A DNA stretch of 64,000 bases, from contig CACBMH010000003.1 in assembly GCA_902539825.1 (NCBI GenBank), positions 2,592-66,591 on the forward strand, written 5' to 3'. This DNA is from an uncultured Alphaproteobacteria bacterium. GTDB lineage: Bacteria; Pseudomonadota; Alphaproteobacteria; HIMB59; GCA-002718135. The notes beneath the pieces were generated by a model. The model ran no database searches and was not told where the DNA came from. It saw nothing but the letters and a program-made list of their open reading frames with translations. Of this stretch, positions 1-9,902 are shown piece after piece. Every line of letters starts with the position of its first letter. Position 1 is the stretch's first letter. A program made the position numbers and the translations under genes.

Positions 1-852
1 GTTGATCTTGTTACATATGAATTTGAAAATATTCCCTTCACAATATTAAAAAAAATTAATGAAAACAAAAAAGTTCTACCAAAACCTGAAATTAATCAAC
101 TCATTCAACACCGAGAAACAGAAAAAAAATTTCTAAATGTTAATAATATAACAACAACAAAATATGTAATTGTCAAAAATGAAAAGGATTTGAGTGAAAA
201 TGTAGACTTGCTTCCTGGTTTGTTAAAAACCACAACGTTAGGATATGATGGTAAAGGTCAGTATAAATTAAACACTGTAGATGATATTACGAAAGAAATT
301 GATTTTACAAAAGAATATATTTTAGAAAAACTGATTCATCTTAAAAAAGAAATTTCAGTTGTCATTACTCGTTATGATCAAAATAGTTATGAGATCTATG
401 ATCCTATTGAGAATGTTCATGAAGAACAAATTTTAAAATATTCAACAATACCAAGTGATATCTCTGATGACATACGAATAAAATCAATTGAGTGGGCAAA
501 ACAAGTTGCAGAAAAACTAGATTATATTGGAACGTTATGTGTAGAATTTTTTATTGATTCTGATGATAATTTATATGCTAACGAAATTGCTCCTCGTGTT
601 CACAATTCTGGACATCTAACAATGAACTCTCATAATATTAGTCAATTTGAAAATCATGTACGAGCAGTATGCGGCTTAGAAAAAATTGAGACAAAAAAAT
701 TGTATAATGCCAAAATGATTAATTTAATTGGAGATGATATAACACCGTATCGAAATAAAACTTTTAAGGATAATGAATTTTTTTATGACTATTTAAAAAC
801 AGAAATTAAACATAAAAGAAAAATGGGTCATATAACGATTATTGAAAAATAA
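1..852 (+). CDS. purK: N5-carboxyaminoimidazole ribonucleotide synthase, 5'-truncated by the window edge
   Basis: Frame 1 is open from base 1 (VDLVTYEFENIP..., a typical PurK ATP-grasp segment) to the stop at 852. The ORF-track start at 190 is an internal TTG. Confidence 0.85.
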   Translation, partial: VDLVTYEFENIPFTILKKINENKKVLPKPEINQLIQHRETEKKFLNVNNITTTKYVIVKNEKDLSENVDLLPGLLKTTTLGYDGKGQYKLNTVDDITKEIDFTKEYILEKLIHLKKEISVVITRYDQNSYEIYDPIENVHEEQILKYSTIPSDISDDIRIKSIEWAKQVAEKLDYIGTLCVEFFIDSDDNLYANEIAPRVHNSGHLTMNSHNISQFENHVRAVCGLEKIETKKLYNAKMINLIGDDITPYRNKTFKDNEFFYDYLKTEIKHKRKMGHITIIEK

Positions 853-856
853 ATTA

Positions 857-1759
857 TTAAACTAAATTAAATTGATCAGTTAGTTGTGTTACCAGTTGAT
901 ATTTATTAGCAACATTTACTAAATCTTCTCCTTCACGAAAAGATTGTTTATCTAATTGTTTATTGGGATCTCCACCAGGCCATATTCGCCAACTATCATT
1001 ATCAACAACATCAGATAAAACTAACGAGTTATCCGAAATTTTAAAACCAAGCTCAAACTTAATATCGACTAAATGTATAGGACCATCAATTGTCTCAATA
1101 GTTTTCCATTTGTCTTCTATAAGCTCGAAACTTGGAAGAATAATTCCATTAATAGCTATTTCTAATTCTTGATCAGACAATAATTTTTTGGTTTTCATTA
1201 AGCTATTGCTTGTAACAGGTTGTTTGGCTGAAAATAACTCCCATTCTTCTCCAGTTTTTACAAATGGATCCGTAAATACACCCTCTTCCCATTTTCCATC
1301 TTTCAAAAATTGTCTTCTCGCTTCACTCTCATCCATTTGAACAGGTTCTGAAACATGCGGAGGGATAACAACGGCTTGTTTATGAAATATTTCCCAAACT
1401 AAGTTTTCAAATTGATGAGGATTACTTTTATCTTTTGCAAATTGAGTGTTTCTACTTAAATAACTTCCCCACGCATAGCGTCTTACTACAAATTCTAAAG
1501 GAAGCATATTACAGTTATGACTTAAAAGACTATTTGGCGAATCTTGCTCAATAAATGATGTTGCAATACCTGCCTTGGTTAGCATACTAAACACATTACT
1601 TGTTTGTTTTGTCTTTTGTATTCCAATATCTTTAATTTCATCTTTCTTCGCTGCATCCCCACCTGTTAAAAAATCTTTTGTTACAATTCGAATGATATTT
1701 TGATCATTTGTTTTCTCAATAATTTTTGTTTTTCCTTCAACTAAAAAAGAATTACTCAT
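857..1759 (-). CDS. purC: SAICAR synthetase (long form)
   Basis: Motifs GKTK, LPLEFVVRRYAWGS, LVDIKFELG and DSWRIW are present. I moved the start to the ATG at 1759 (MSNSFLVEGKTK), which overlaps the purD stop as ATGAGTAA. Confidence 0.85.
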   Translation of the reverse strand: MSNSFLVEGKTKIIEKTNDQNIIRIVTKDFLTGGDAAKKDEIKDIGIQKTKQTSNVFSMLTKAGIATSFIEQDSPNSLLSHNCNMLPLEFVVRRYAWGSYLSRNTQFAKDKSNPHQFENLVWEIFHKQAVVIPPHVSEPVQMDESEARRQFLKDGKWEEGVFTDPFVKTGEEWELFSAKQPVTSNSLMKTKKLLSDQELEIAINGIILPSFELIEDKWKTIETIDGPIHLVDIKFELGFKISDNSLVLSDVVDNDSWRIWPGGDPNKQLDKQSFREGEDLVNVANKYQLVTQLTDQFNLV

Positions 1760-3029
1760 TAATATATCTCCAACCAATATCTTTTCGATAATATCCCTCA
1801 TCCCAATTAATTTGATTGATTATATTGTGAATATTTTCTCTAATAGTTTTTAAATCCTTACCCGTATTAGAGATATTTAAAACACGCCCACCATTAGAGA
1901 GCCATTTGTTTTCTTTAAGCATTGTTCCTGCATGAAATAGATAGTCATCAGTTGTTAAAGTAAGATTTTCCAAATTATTAATTGGTGTCAATTTTTTATA
2001 ATTCTCAGGATATCCATGAGCAGCCATTACTACTGTCATGGCATAATCATTTTTCCACTTAATTTTTTTTATTTCATTTAAGGTGCCTATCGCTGATGCA
2101 TGAAGGAGTTCTAATAAATCTGTTTCTAATAGTGGAATAATTGCTTGTGTTTCAGGATCGCCGAAACGAACATTAATTTCTAGTAAATTTGGACCCTTAT
2201 CTGTTAGAATTAATCCTGCATAAAACATTCCTTGATACTTGATTCCTTGTTCAGCAAGATGTTGAACGATAGGCTCAACAAATGTTTTGGATAATTCATT
2301 CATTTTATTTGATGAAATAGAAGGAACAGGTGTGTAGGCTCCCATACCACCAGTATTTAAGCCTTTTTCTCCTTCCAAGATTTTTTTATGATCTTGTGCT
2401 GTTGTAAGTGGCAACACAAATCCATTTTTATCAACAAGTGAAAATAAACTTACCTCTTCACCAACTAAAAATTCTTCAATAACAACAACTGAACCAGCAT
2501 CACCAAAAGAATTATCTTTAAAACATTTAATTAGCGCATCCTTTGCATCATCCCTTTTTTGACAAATAATAACTCCTTTTCCTGCTGCTAAACCATCAGC
2601 TTTGATAACAAGAGGATAGGATTGGTTTTGACAAAAATTTAAGGCATCATCATAGTTGTCAAATACGTCATAGGCAGCTGTTGCAATATTTAATTTTTTA
2701 CAAATATTTTTTGTAAACTTTTTTGATTTTTCTAGTTCAGCTCCCATTTGATCAGGACCAAAAACTAATATAGCATTGTTCATTAAAAGGTTTGACAATC
2801 CTTTAGTTAAAGGCAATTCTGGACCTATCACCACTAAATCAATTTTACTTTCTATACAAAATTGAAGAATAGCATCATGATCATTAACATCTGTGATAAT
2901 CGAAGAGGCAATTTCACTGATACTATCACTTCCAGGAATACAATATAAATTAGAACAATTAGGAGATTGTTTTATACCATAACATAATGCGTGCTCTCTT
3001 CCACCATTACCAATGACAAGAACGTTCAT
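1752..3029 (-). CDS. purD: phosphoribosylamine-glycine ligase
   Basis: The N-terminus MNVLVIGNGGREHAL, an ATP-grasp core and a length of 425 aa fit PurD. Confidence 0.95.
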   Translation of the reverse strand: MNVLVIGNGGREHALCYGIKQSPNCSNLYCIPGSDSISEIASSIITDVNDHDAILQFCIESKIDLVVIGPELPLTKGLSNLLMNNAILVFGPDQMGAELEKSKKFTKNICKKLNIATAAYDVFDNYDDALNFCQNQSYPLVIKADGLAAGKGVIICQKRDDAKDALIKCFKDNSFGDAGSVVVIEEFLVGEEVSLFSLVDKNGFVLPLTTAQDHKKILEGEKGLNTGGMGAYTPVPSISSNKMNELSKTFVEPIVQHLAEQGIKYQGMFYAGLILTDKGPNLLEINVRFGDPETQAIIPLLETDLLELLHASAIGTLNEIKKIKWKNDYAMTVVMAAHGYPENYKKLTPINNLENLTLTTDDYLFHAGTMLKENKWLSNGGRVLNISNTGKDLKTIRENIHNIINQINWDEGYYRKDIGWRYINE

Positions 3030-3049
3030 GAAAAAAAATAATTCATTAA

Positions 3050-4537
3050 TTAATTATTTGAAGCAAGACTTAAAAATGAAAGTTTTTTTAAGCTTTCGTC
3101 ATTCAAGTAATCTAAAGGTCTGACTGGATACTCTCCTGTAAAATAATGATCGGTAAATTGAGGATTATCATTATCTCTCTCATCATAACCAAGAGCTTGA
3201 TACAGACCATCTAATGATAAAAATTTTAATGATTTAGCTCCAATATATTTACACATTTCCTCTAAATTTTTGTTTGCAGCCAATAATTCTTCTTGGGTGG
3301 GAGTATCAACTCCGTAAAAGTCAGGGTATTTAATTGCAGGTGAAGCAATACGCATATGGACTTCTTTTGCTCCAAAATCATAAAGCATTTTTATTATCTT
3401 TGTGGATGTTGTTCCTCGAACCAATGAGTCGTCAATTAAAACAACTTTCTTTTTTTTAATAGAACTTTGGTTAGGATTTAGTTTTAACTTTACACCTAAG
3501 CTTCTAATTTGCTGAGTTGGCTCAATAAATGTCCTCCCCACATAATGATTTCGTATTAATCCTAACTCAAAAGGAATACCAGACTCTTGACTAAAACCAA
3601 GCGCAGCAGGAACACCAGAATCTGGAACTGGTACGACTACATCAGGTTTTATATCAGTTTCTTTTGCTAAGTATGTACCTAAATTTTTTCTATATTCATA
3701 GGCGGTTTTATTTTTTAAAATACTATCTGGCCGCGAAAAATAAATATATTCAAATACACATGGTTTGATTTGTTTTTTTGGAAAAGGTCTTCTACTTTCA
3801 ACTTTATTATTGTTAATAACTACAACTTCTCCATTTTCAATTTCACGGATAAATTTTGCACCAATAATGTCTAGCGCGCAAGTTTCAGAGGCAAGGATAA
3901 ATGCATTTTTAAATTTACCTAAAACAAGTGGTCGAATACCTAATGGATCTCTTGCGCCAATCAACTTACCATTAGCAATAATTGATAAAGCATAACCACC
4001 TTGAATTTGCATTAAAGCATCAATAATTTTATTTAAAATATCTTTCTTTTTTGAACGAGCTACAAGTTGAACAATTGTTTCGGTATCTGATGTTGTTTGA
4101 AATATTGCACCTTCGCGTACCATTTGCTCTCTTAGAAGGAGTGCATTGGTTAGATTTCCATTATGAGCAATACTAATAGCTCCACCATGAAGGTCAGCAT
4201 AAAAAGGTTGTATATTCCTTATTGTTTCACCACCCGTGGTTGAATAACGATTATGTCCAATTGCAATTTTTCCCTTTAACTTTTCTAATGAGTGTTTCTT
4301 CGTAAAATTATCACCAACCAATCCAAATTTTCTTTCTGAGTGATAGGAGTTGCCATCATAACTTACAATTCCACAACCTTCTTGACCACGATGTTGCAAC
4401 GCATGCAAACCAAGAGCTGTTAAGGCTGCAGCATCTTTGGTTCCACTTATTCCAAAAACACCACACTCCTCATTAAATCTGGGAACATGAGATTGCCTTA
4501 CCTCGAATTTTTTTAAGAAATTTTGTCGATTTTTCAT
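3050..4537 (-). CDS. purF: amidophosphoribosyltransferase
   Basis: It has the Ntn Cys motif CGVFGI after a propeptide and the PRTase motif VVLIDDSLVRGTT. Length is 495 aa. Confidence 0.95.
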   Translation of the reverse strand: MKNRQNFLKKFEVRQSHVPRFNEECGVFGISGTKDAAALTALGLHALQHRGQEGCGIVSYDGNSYHSERKFGLVGDNFTKKHSLEKLKGKIAIGHNRYSTTGGETIRNIQPFYADLHGGAISIAHNGNLTNALLLREQMVREGAIFQTTSDTETIVQLVARSKKKDILNKIIDALMQIQGGYALSIIANGKLIGARDPLGIRPLVLGKFKNAFILASETCALDIIGAKFIREIENGEVVVINNNKVESRRPFPKKQIKPCVFEYIYFSRPDSILKNKTAYEYRKNLGTYLAKETDIKPDVVVPVPDSGVPAALGFSQESGIPFELGLIRNHYVGRTFIEPTQQIRSLGVKLKLNPNQSSIKKKKVVLIDDSLVRGTTSTKIIKMLYDFGAKEVHMRIASPAIKYPDFYGVDTPTQEELLAANKNLEEMCKYIGAKSLKFLSLDGLYQALGYDERDNDNPQFTDHYFTGEYPVRPLDYLNDESLKKLSFLSLASNN

Positions 4538-4538
4538 C

Positions 4539-5108
4539 TTACTGTTGTTTTGTTAAAAGTGTTTTTGCAACCATCTGTAATGCTCTTGGATAAACCTTAT
4601 GCTCTTCTATCAATATTTTCTTTAAGAGTGATTCGGTATTATCTTTCTTCAAAATCTTTACTTTTTTTTGCAATATAATCTTTCCAGAGTCAATTTTAGT
4701 GCTTACGTAATGAACACTACAACCAGAATAGCTCGCTTTAGCCTTTATGGCCTGATCCTGAGCATTTAAACCTTTGAAAGCTGGAAGATAAGATGGATGA
4801 ATATTGATTAATCGTGATCGCCACTGCCTTACAAATTTTGAGTCTAAAACTTGCATAAAACCAGCCAAACAAATGATATCTATATTTTCTAGATACTTGA
4901 TGACTTTGTTTTCGAAATTTTTCCTTGGAATAAAATGTATGAATGGAATTTTATTTTTTTTGGCAATAGTTAAACCTTTTGCTCTGGAGTTATTGGATAC
5001 GACTAATTGAATATCTACTAAACTTTGTTTTTTAAATGATGATTGTATTAGTGATTCTAAATTTGAACCTCTTCCTGATATGAAAATAGCAACTTGTAAT
5101 TTTTTCAA
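4539..5108 (-). CDS. purN: phosphoribosylglycinamide formyltransferase
   Basis: It has SGRGSNL and NIHPSYLPAFKG motifs, is 189 aa, and overlaps purM by 4 nt. Confidence 0.9.
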   Translation of the reverse strand: MKKLQVAIFISGRGSNLESLIQSSFKKQSLVDIQLVVSNNSRAKGLTIAKKNKIPFIHFIPRKNFENKVIKYLENIDIICLAGFMQVLDSKFVRQWRSRLINIHPSYLPAFKGLNAQDQAIKAKASYSGCSVHYVSTKIDSGKIILQKKVKILKKDNTESLLKKILIEEHKVYPRALQMVAKTLLTKQQ

Positions 5109-6139
5109 CTAATTGTGCACCTTGATGATTTGTTAACTTCTATTTTCCCAATTTCAAAAATATCTAAATTTTCATCTTTTATTAATTGCTCGAATTCTTT
5201 GTAATTATTTTTTGAAATAGTCATTATTAAACCTATTCCACAATTAAAGGTCTTTAACATTTCTTCATCTGAAATGTTAGATAAACTTTGAAACCATTGG
5301 AAAATTTCTTCATCACAAATAAATTTTTTATCAATCCTTACTGATAAATTTTCAGATAGCATTCTTGGTGCATTACCAATAATACCTCCACCTGTAATAT
5401 GAGAAATACCGTTGATAAGATTTGTTGTTAAAATTTTTTTTAAAAAAGGAAAATATAATTTTGTTGGAGCCATTAAGGCTGCTGCATTTGTTTCGTAAGA
5501 TGATTGAAATTCTGTTTTTTCATGTAGATCGATATTTTTATCTTTTAAAACTTTTCGAATGAGAGAATATCCATTTGAATGAAAACCCGAAGATCTAATC
5601 CCATATAGAAGATCATCTTCTTTGATGAGATCTCTTTTAGGTAGAATTTTTTTTCTCTCTACTGCACCAACACAAAATCCAGCAAAATCAAAATCATCTT
5701 TTTTATAGAGCCCAGGCATCTCTGCTGTTTCACCACCAATAAGGGAGCAATTATTTATCCTGCAAGCTTCAGTGATACTTTTCATAATTTTTAAAAAAGA
5801 ATTTTTATCAATCTTGGAAGAAGCATAGTAATCTAAAAAAAATAATGGCTCTGCACCGTGGCAAAGAATATCATTAAGGCACATACCAACAAGATCATGA
5901 CCCAAACCATCTAAAATGTCAGTTTCAATCCCTAGTAATATTTTTGTCCCTATGCCGTCTGTACCAGAGACCAATAAAGGATCTTCATATCCACAATTTT
6001 TAAGATCAAAAATACCACCAAATCCGCCAATTTTATCAAAATTTCCGTTTCTGTTCGTTGATTTGCTTAGCTCAGAAATATCATCAACAAGGGCATCTGT
6101 ATTTTCTATATCAACACCTGCTTCTTTATATGTTGTCAT
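5105..6139 (-). CDS. purM: phosphoribosylformylglycinamidine cyclo-ligase (AIR synthetase)
   Basis: It has YKEAGVDI, DGIGTK and GGETAEMPG motifs and is 344 aa. Confidence 0.95.
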   Translation of the reverse strand: MTTYKEAGVDIENTDALVDDISELSKSTNRNGNFDKIGGFGGIFDLKNCGYEDPLLVSGTDGIGTKILLGIETDILDGLGHDLVGMCLNDILCHGAEPLFFLDYYASSKIDKNSFLKIMKSITEACRINNCSLIGGETAEMPGLYKKDDFDFAGFCVGAVERKKILPKRDLIKEDDLLYGIRSSGFHSNGYSLIRKVLKDKNIDLHEKTEFQSSYETNAAALMAPTKLYFPFLKKILTTNLINGISHITGGGIIGNAPRMLSENLSVRIDKKFICDEEIFQWFQSLSNISDEEMLKTFNCGIGLIMTISKNNYKEFEQLIKDENLDIFEIGKIEVNKSSRCTIS

Positions 6140-6212
6140 ATTTAATTAGTTTTAAACGAATCGTTAATGAGTAAACTATTAATATAGTAAATTAAGTTGA
6201 TTCGTACTCATA

Positions 6213-9140
6213 ATGACAAATACAATTCAAATTCTCTCCATTGAGAAGACAGGGAAAGAAAGTTCACTACAAAAAGAACACAATAATAAATCCATCAAAA
6301 TTATAGATGGATATTTCTTTTCGAGAAATCTTGATGATCAAAAGTTTACTAAAATAAGTAAACTTATTTCTAATGACGTTTCTCAAACAATATTAACAAA
6401 AAAAAATGTAAATAAGGTATTATCTAGTTATTGTAATTTCAACTGGGTTGTAGAAATAAAATTTTTACCAGGTGTAACTGATAATATAGCTACAACTGTA
6501 AAAGAAATAATCAAAGATAATCTAAAAAGTAGTTTTAAAAGCTTTGAACTTGGTTCAACAAAAATTATTTTAATAAAAGGAAGAAAAGAAGATATTACCA
6601 AAATATCTAAAAATGAAGCAAATCCCTTAATTCAAACAATTAAGATTTATCCATTTAAACAATATTTAAATAATTTTAAAAAAAATCAGTTCAAAATAGA
6701 AAAGGTAAAATTACCGAAAAAAAAATATAGTAAAAAAGAAATTAATTTAGATATTTCTGATTATAATCTCAGCCTCATTGGTAAACTTGGTATTGAAGAA
6801 AATGATAAATCTAGAAGAGGAACACTTGGCTTAGATCTAGAATCTTTAAAAACCATAAGAAATTATTTTTCCACTATAAAACGTAAACCAACAGATGTAG
6901 AAATTGAAACATTAGCTCAGACATGGTCCGAGCACTGTAAACACAAAATATTTTCAGCTAAAATTGATGATATTCAAGAAGGTATATTTAAAAAATATAT
7001 TAAAGGCGCTACTGAAAAAATTATTCAATTAAGAAAAGATAATTTTTGTGTTTCTCTTTTTACGGATAATGCTGGTGGAATAGAATTTAATAAAGATTGG
7101 ATTATTTGTCATAAAGTTGAAACACATAATACACCTTCAGCCTTAGATCCATTTGGTGGTGCAATCACTGGAATTGTTGGTGTTAATAGGGATTGTCTTG
7201 GGTTTGGGAAAGGAGCAAAACCTATAGCGAACACGTATGCATATTATTTAGCAGACCCGAATAAGAAATATCAATTGTATCGTCAAAAAAATAAGGATCC
7301 AATGCTTCCAGCAAATTTTATTGCGAAGGGTATTATAAGTGGTGTTAGAGTTGGGGGAAATTGTTCGGGTATTCCTACTCCTCAAGGTAATGTATATTTT
7401 GATGACCGGTTTGCAGGAAAGCCACTTGTATTTTGTGGAACAGTTGGGATTATTCCGAAAAAAATTAAAGGAAAATTATCACATAAGAAAAAAGCTAATC
7501 CAGGGGATATCATACTAATGGCTGGAGGCAGAGTGGGAAAAGATGGTATTCACGGTGCAACATTTTCTTCAGAGGAATTAGATCCTAATAGTCCAGTTTC
7601 TGCCGTACAAATTGGTGATCCAATAACACAAAAGAAAATGTCTGATGTGATCATTAGAGAATTGCGTGATGAAAATCTTTACTCGAGCATAACAGATAAT
7701 GGAGCTGGAGGATTATCATCATCAATTGGAGAAATGGCAAAAGAAAGTGGCGGTTTTATAGTTAATCTTGAAAAAGTTCCTCTTAAATATAATGGATTAT
7801 ATCCTTGGGAAATTTGGGTTTCTGAATCGCAAGAAAGAATGACACTAGCAGTACCTCCAGCGAACGTAAAAAAAGTTATAAATAGATTTAATGCAAGAGG
7901 TGTGGAAGCAACAATAATTGGTAAGTTTATTAAAAAAGAAAAAGCCATAGTAAAATACAATAAAACTGAAATTCTCAATTTAGATATGGAATTTCTTCAT
8001 GAAGGTTATCCAAAATTAAATTTAAAAACATCTTTTCCAAAAATTAAAAAAGAAAAGAAAAAAATAATTAAGAAAAGTTCTTTGATAGATAAGCTACATA
8101 AACTTCTCTCTAGTCCAAATATTGTATCAAAAGAATTTATAGCCACGCAATATGATCACGAAGTACAAGCTACCTCTATTATAAAACCATTACAAGGCGA
8201 AGGCAGAGTTTTTGGAAATGCTACTGCTATTAAACCTCTATTTGATGATGAAAAATCAATAGCTCTTTCACAAGCTGCATATCCTCAGTACGCCGAAACA
8301 AATCCTTATGATATGGCTGGGTGCTCTATTGATACAGCATATAAAAATTTAATTGTAAGTGGTGCCAACTCAAAAAAAATTGCAATTCTTGATAACTTTT
8401 GTTGGTGCAGCTCAGATGAACCTGATCGCTTATATCAATTGAAAGAAGCAGCAAAAGCTTGTTATGATTATGCAGTTGCTTACCAAACACCTTTTATTTC
8501 AGGAAAAGATAGTATGTTTAATGATTTTAAAGGTTTTGATAAAACTGGAAAATCAGTAAAAATTTCAATACCTCCAACATTGCTGATTTCTTCTATTGGA
8601 GTGGTAGATAAAATTTCACACTTAACAAAAATGACATCCGATGATGGTGATATACTTTTAGTTTTAGGAAATACCCGTAATGAATTACGGGATAGTGTTT
8701 ATTCCAAAATTATAGGTTATGAAAAATCAAAAAATCCAGTTGTAAATAGCAATGATGCACTTCGCACATATAGAAATTTTGAAAAAGCTAATAAACTAGG
8801 AATTATAAATTCTGCAATTGGAATAGATTTGGGTGGAATTGGAATTGCAGTTACAAAGATGGCAATTGCTTCAAAGAAAGGTTTAACAATTGATTTAAAA
8901 CTAAAAAATAAAATCTCAGTTGACCAATTTTTATTTTCTGAATCACAAAGTAGAATTCTTGTTTCCCTGAAAAAAAATAAGTTAGCCAATTTTAAAAAAA
9001 TATTTAAAGGTTCTGATTATACAATTATTGGCAAATGTACGGGCTCAGATGTAGTTGAGTTTAAAGATAACAAAAAAATTATTAGAGGTAAAATTTCAGA
9101 TTTTGCTAAGTCATACAAACAAAATATTAAAGGGTTATGA
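6213..9140 (+). CDS. purL: FGAM synthase subunit PurL (small type) with an N-terminal PurS-like extension of about 178 aa
   Basis: The PurL core starts near aa 180 (TWSEHCKHKIF, VETHNTPS, DNGAGGLSS). The preceding segment has PurS-like strings (FLPGVTDNIATTVKE, ANPLIQTIKIY). Total length is 975 aa against about 740 aa for a normal small PurL. Confidence 0.85.
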   Translation: MTNTIQILSIEKTGKESSLQKEHNNKSIKIIDGYFFSRNLDDQKFTKISKLISNDVSQTILTKKNVNKVLSSYCNFNWVVEIKFLPGVTDNIATTVKEIIKDNLKSSFKSFELGSTKIILIKGRKEDITKISKNEANPLIQTIKIYPFKQYLNNFKKNQFKIEKVKLPKKKYSKKEINLDISDYNLSLIGKLGIEENDKSRRGTLGLDLESLKTIRNYFSTIKRKPTDVEIETLAQTWSEHCKHKIFSAKIDDIQEGIFKKYIKGATEKIIQLRKDNFCVSLFTDNAGGIEFNKDWIICHKVETHNTPSALDPFGGAITGIVGVNRDCLGFGKGAKPIANTYAYYLADPNKKYQLYRQKNKDPMLPANFIAKGIISGVRVGGNCSGIPTPQGNVYFDDRFAGKPLVFCGTVGIIPKKIKGKLSHKKKANPGDIILMAGGRVGKDGIHGATFSSEELDPNSPVSAVQIGDPITQKKMSDVIIRELRDENLYSSITDNGAGGLSSSIGEMAKESGGFIVNLEKVPLKYNGLYPWEIWVSESQERMTLAVPPANVKKVINRFNARGVEATIIGKFIKKEKAIVKYNKTEILNLDMEFLHEGYPKLNLKTSFPKIKKEKKKIIKKSSLIDKLHKLLSSPNIVSKEFIATQYDHEVQATSIIKPLQGEGRVFGNATAIKPLFDDEKSIALSQAAYPQYAETNPYDMAGCSIDTAYKNLIVSGANSKKIAILDNFCWCSSDEPDRLYQLKEAAKACYDYAVAYQTPFISGKDSMFNDFKGFDKTGKSVKISIPPTLLISSIGVVDKISHLTKMTSDDGDILLVLGNTRNELRDSVYSKIIGYEKSKNPVVNSNDALRTYRNFEKANKLGIINSAIGIDLGGIGIAVTKMAIASKKGLTIDLKLKNKISVDQFLFSESQSRILVSLKKNKLANFKKIFKGSDYTIIGKCTGSDVVEFKDNKKIIRGKISDFAKSYKQNIKGL

Positions 9141-9901
9141 ACGTATTAGTCTTATCAGGTTATGGTATTAATTGTGAAAATGAAACACTACATGCATTTG
9201 AAGTAGTAGGCTTTAAAGGAAAAATTGTTCATATTAATGATCTAATACAAAATCCTAAACAACTTAATAACTATCAAGTATTCGCTATACCTGGTGGTTT
9301 TTCGTATGGCGATGATACAGGCTCAGGAAATGCAATGGCGAAAAAAATTCTGACCAATTTGTATGATCAGCTAATAGATTTTTCATTAAAAGATAAATTA
9401 ATTATAGGCATTTGTAATGGATGCCAGATATTAATTAATCTTGGGTTAGTTCCAAGCCTAAATAAAAAAGATCCAGAAATTGCAATGATTGAAAATAAAT
9501 CTGGGAGCTATGAGTGTCGATGGGTTGATGTAAAAGTAAATAATAATAAATCACCATGGCTAAAAAATATTACTATCTTGAACTTGCCTGTCGCCCATCA
9601 AGAGGGGCAATTCATGATACCTATTAATCTACTTAAAAGTATCAAAGCTAATAACCTTATTGGCTTACAATACATTAATAACCATAAAAAATTAGCAAAA
9701 GGTCAGTTTCCTTTTAATCCTAATGGATCTAAAGATGATATAGCTGCGTTAACAAATCAAAATGGGAATGTTCTTGCAATGATGCCTCACCCAGAAAGAG
9801 CATTTTATCATTATCATGTTCCTAATTGGCAAAACAATACTTCTAAAAAATTCGGTGATGGGTATAAAATTTTTATGAACGCAAAAAAATTCTTTGCATA
9901 A
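9137..9901 (+). CDS. purQ: FGAM synthase glutaminase subunit
   Basis: It has the class I GATase motif GICNGCQIL (Cys) and MPHPER (His). It overlaps the purL stop as ATGA. Confidence 0.9.
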   Translation: MNVLVLSGYGINCENETLHAFEVVGFKGKIVHINDLIQNPKQLNNYQVFAIPGGFSYGDDTGSGNAMAKKILTNLYDQLIDFSLKDKLIIGICNGCQILINLGLVPSLNKKDPEIAMIENKSGSYECRWVDVKVNNNKSPWLKNITILNLPVAHQEGQFMIPINLLKSIKANNLIGLQYINNHKKLAKGQFPFNPNGSKDDIAALTNQNGNVLAMMPHPERAFYHYHVPNWQNNTSKKFGDGYKIFMNAKKFFA

Positions 9902-9902
9902 A

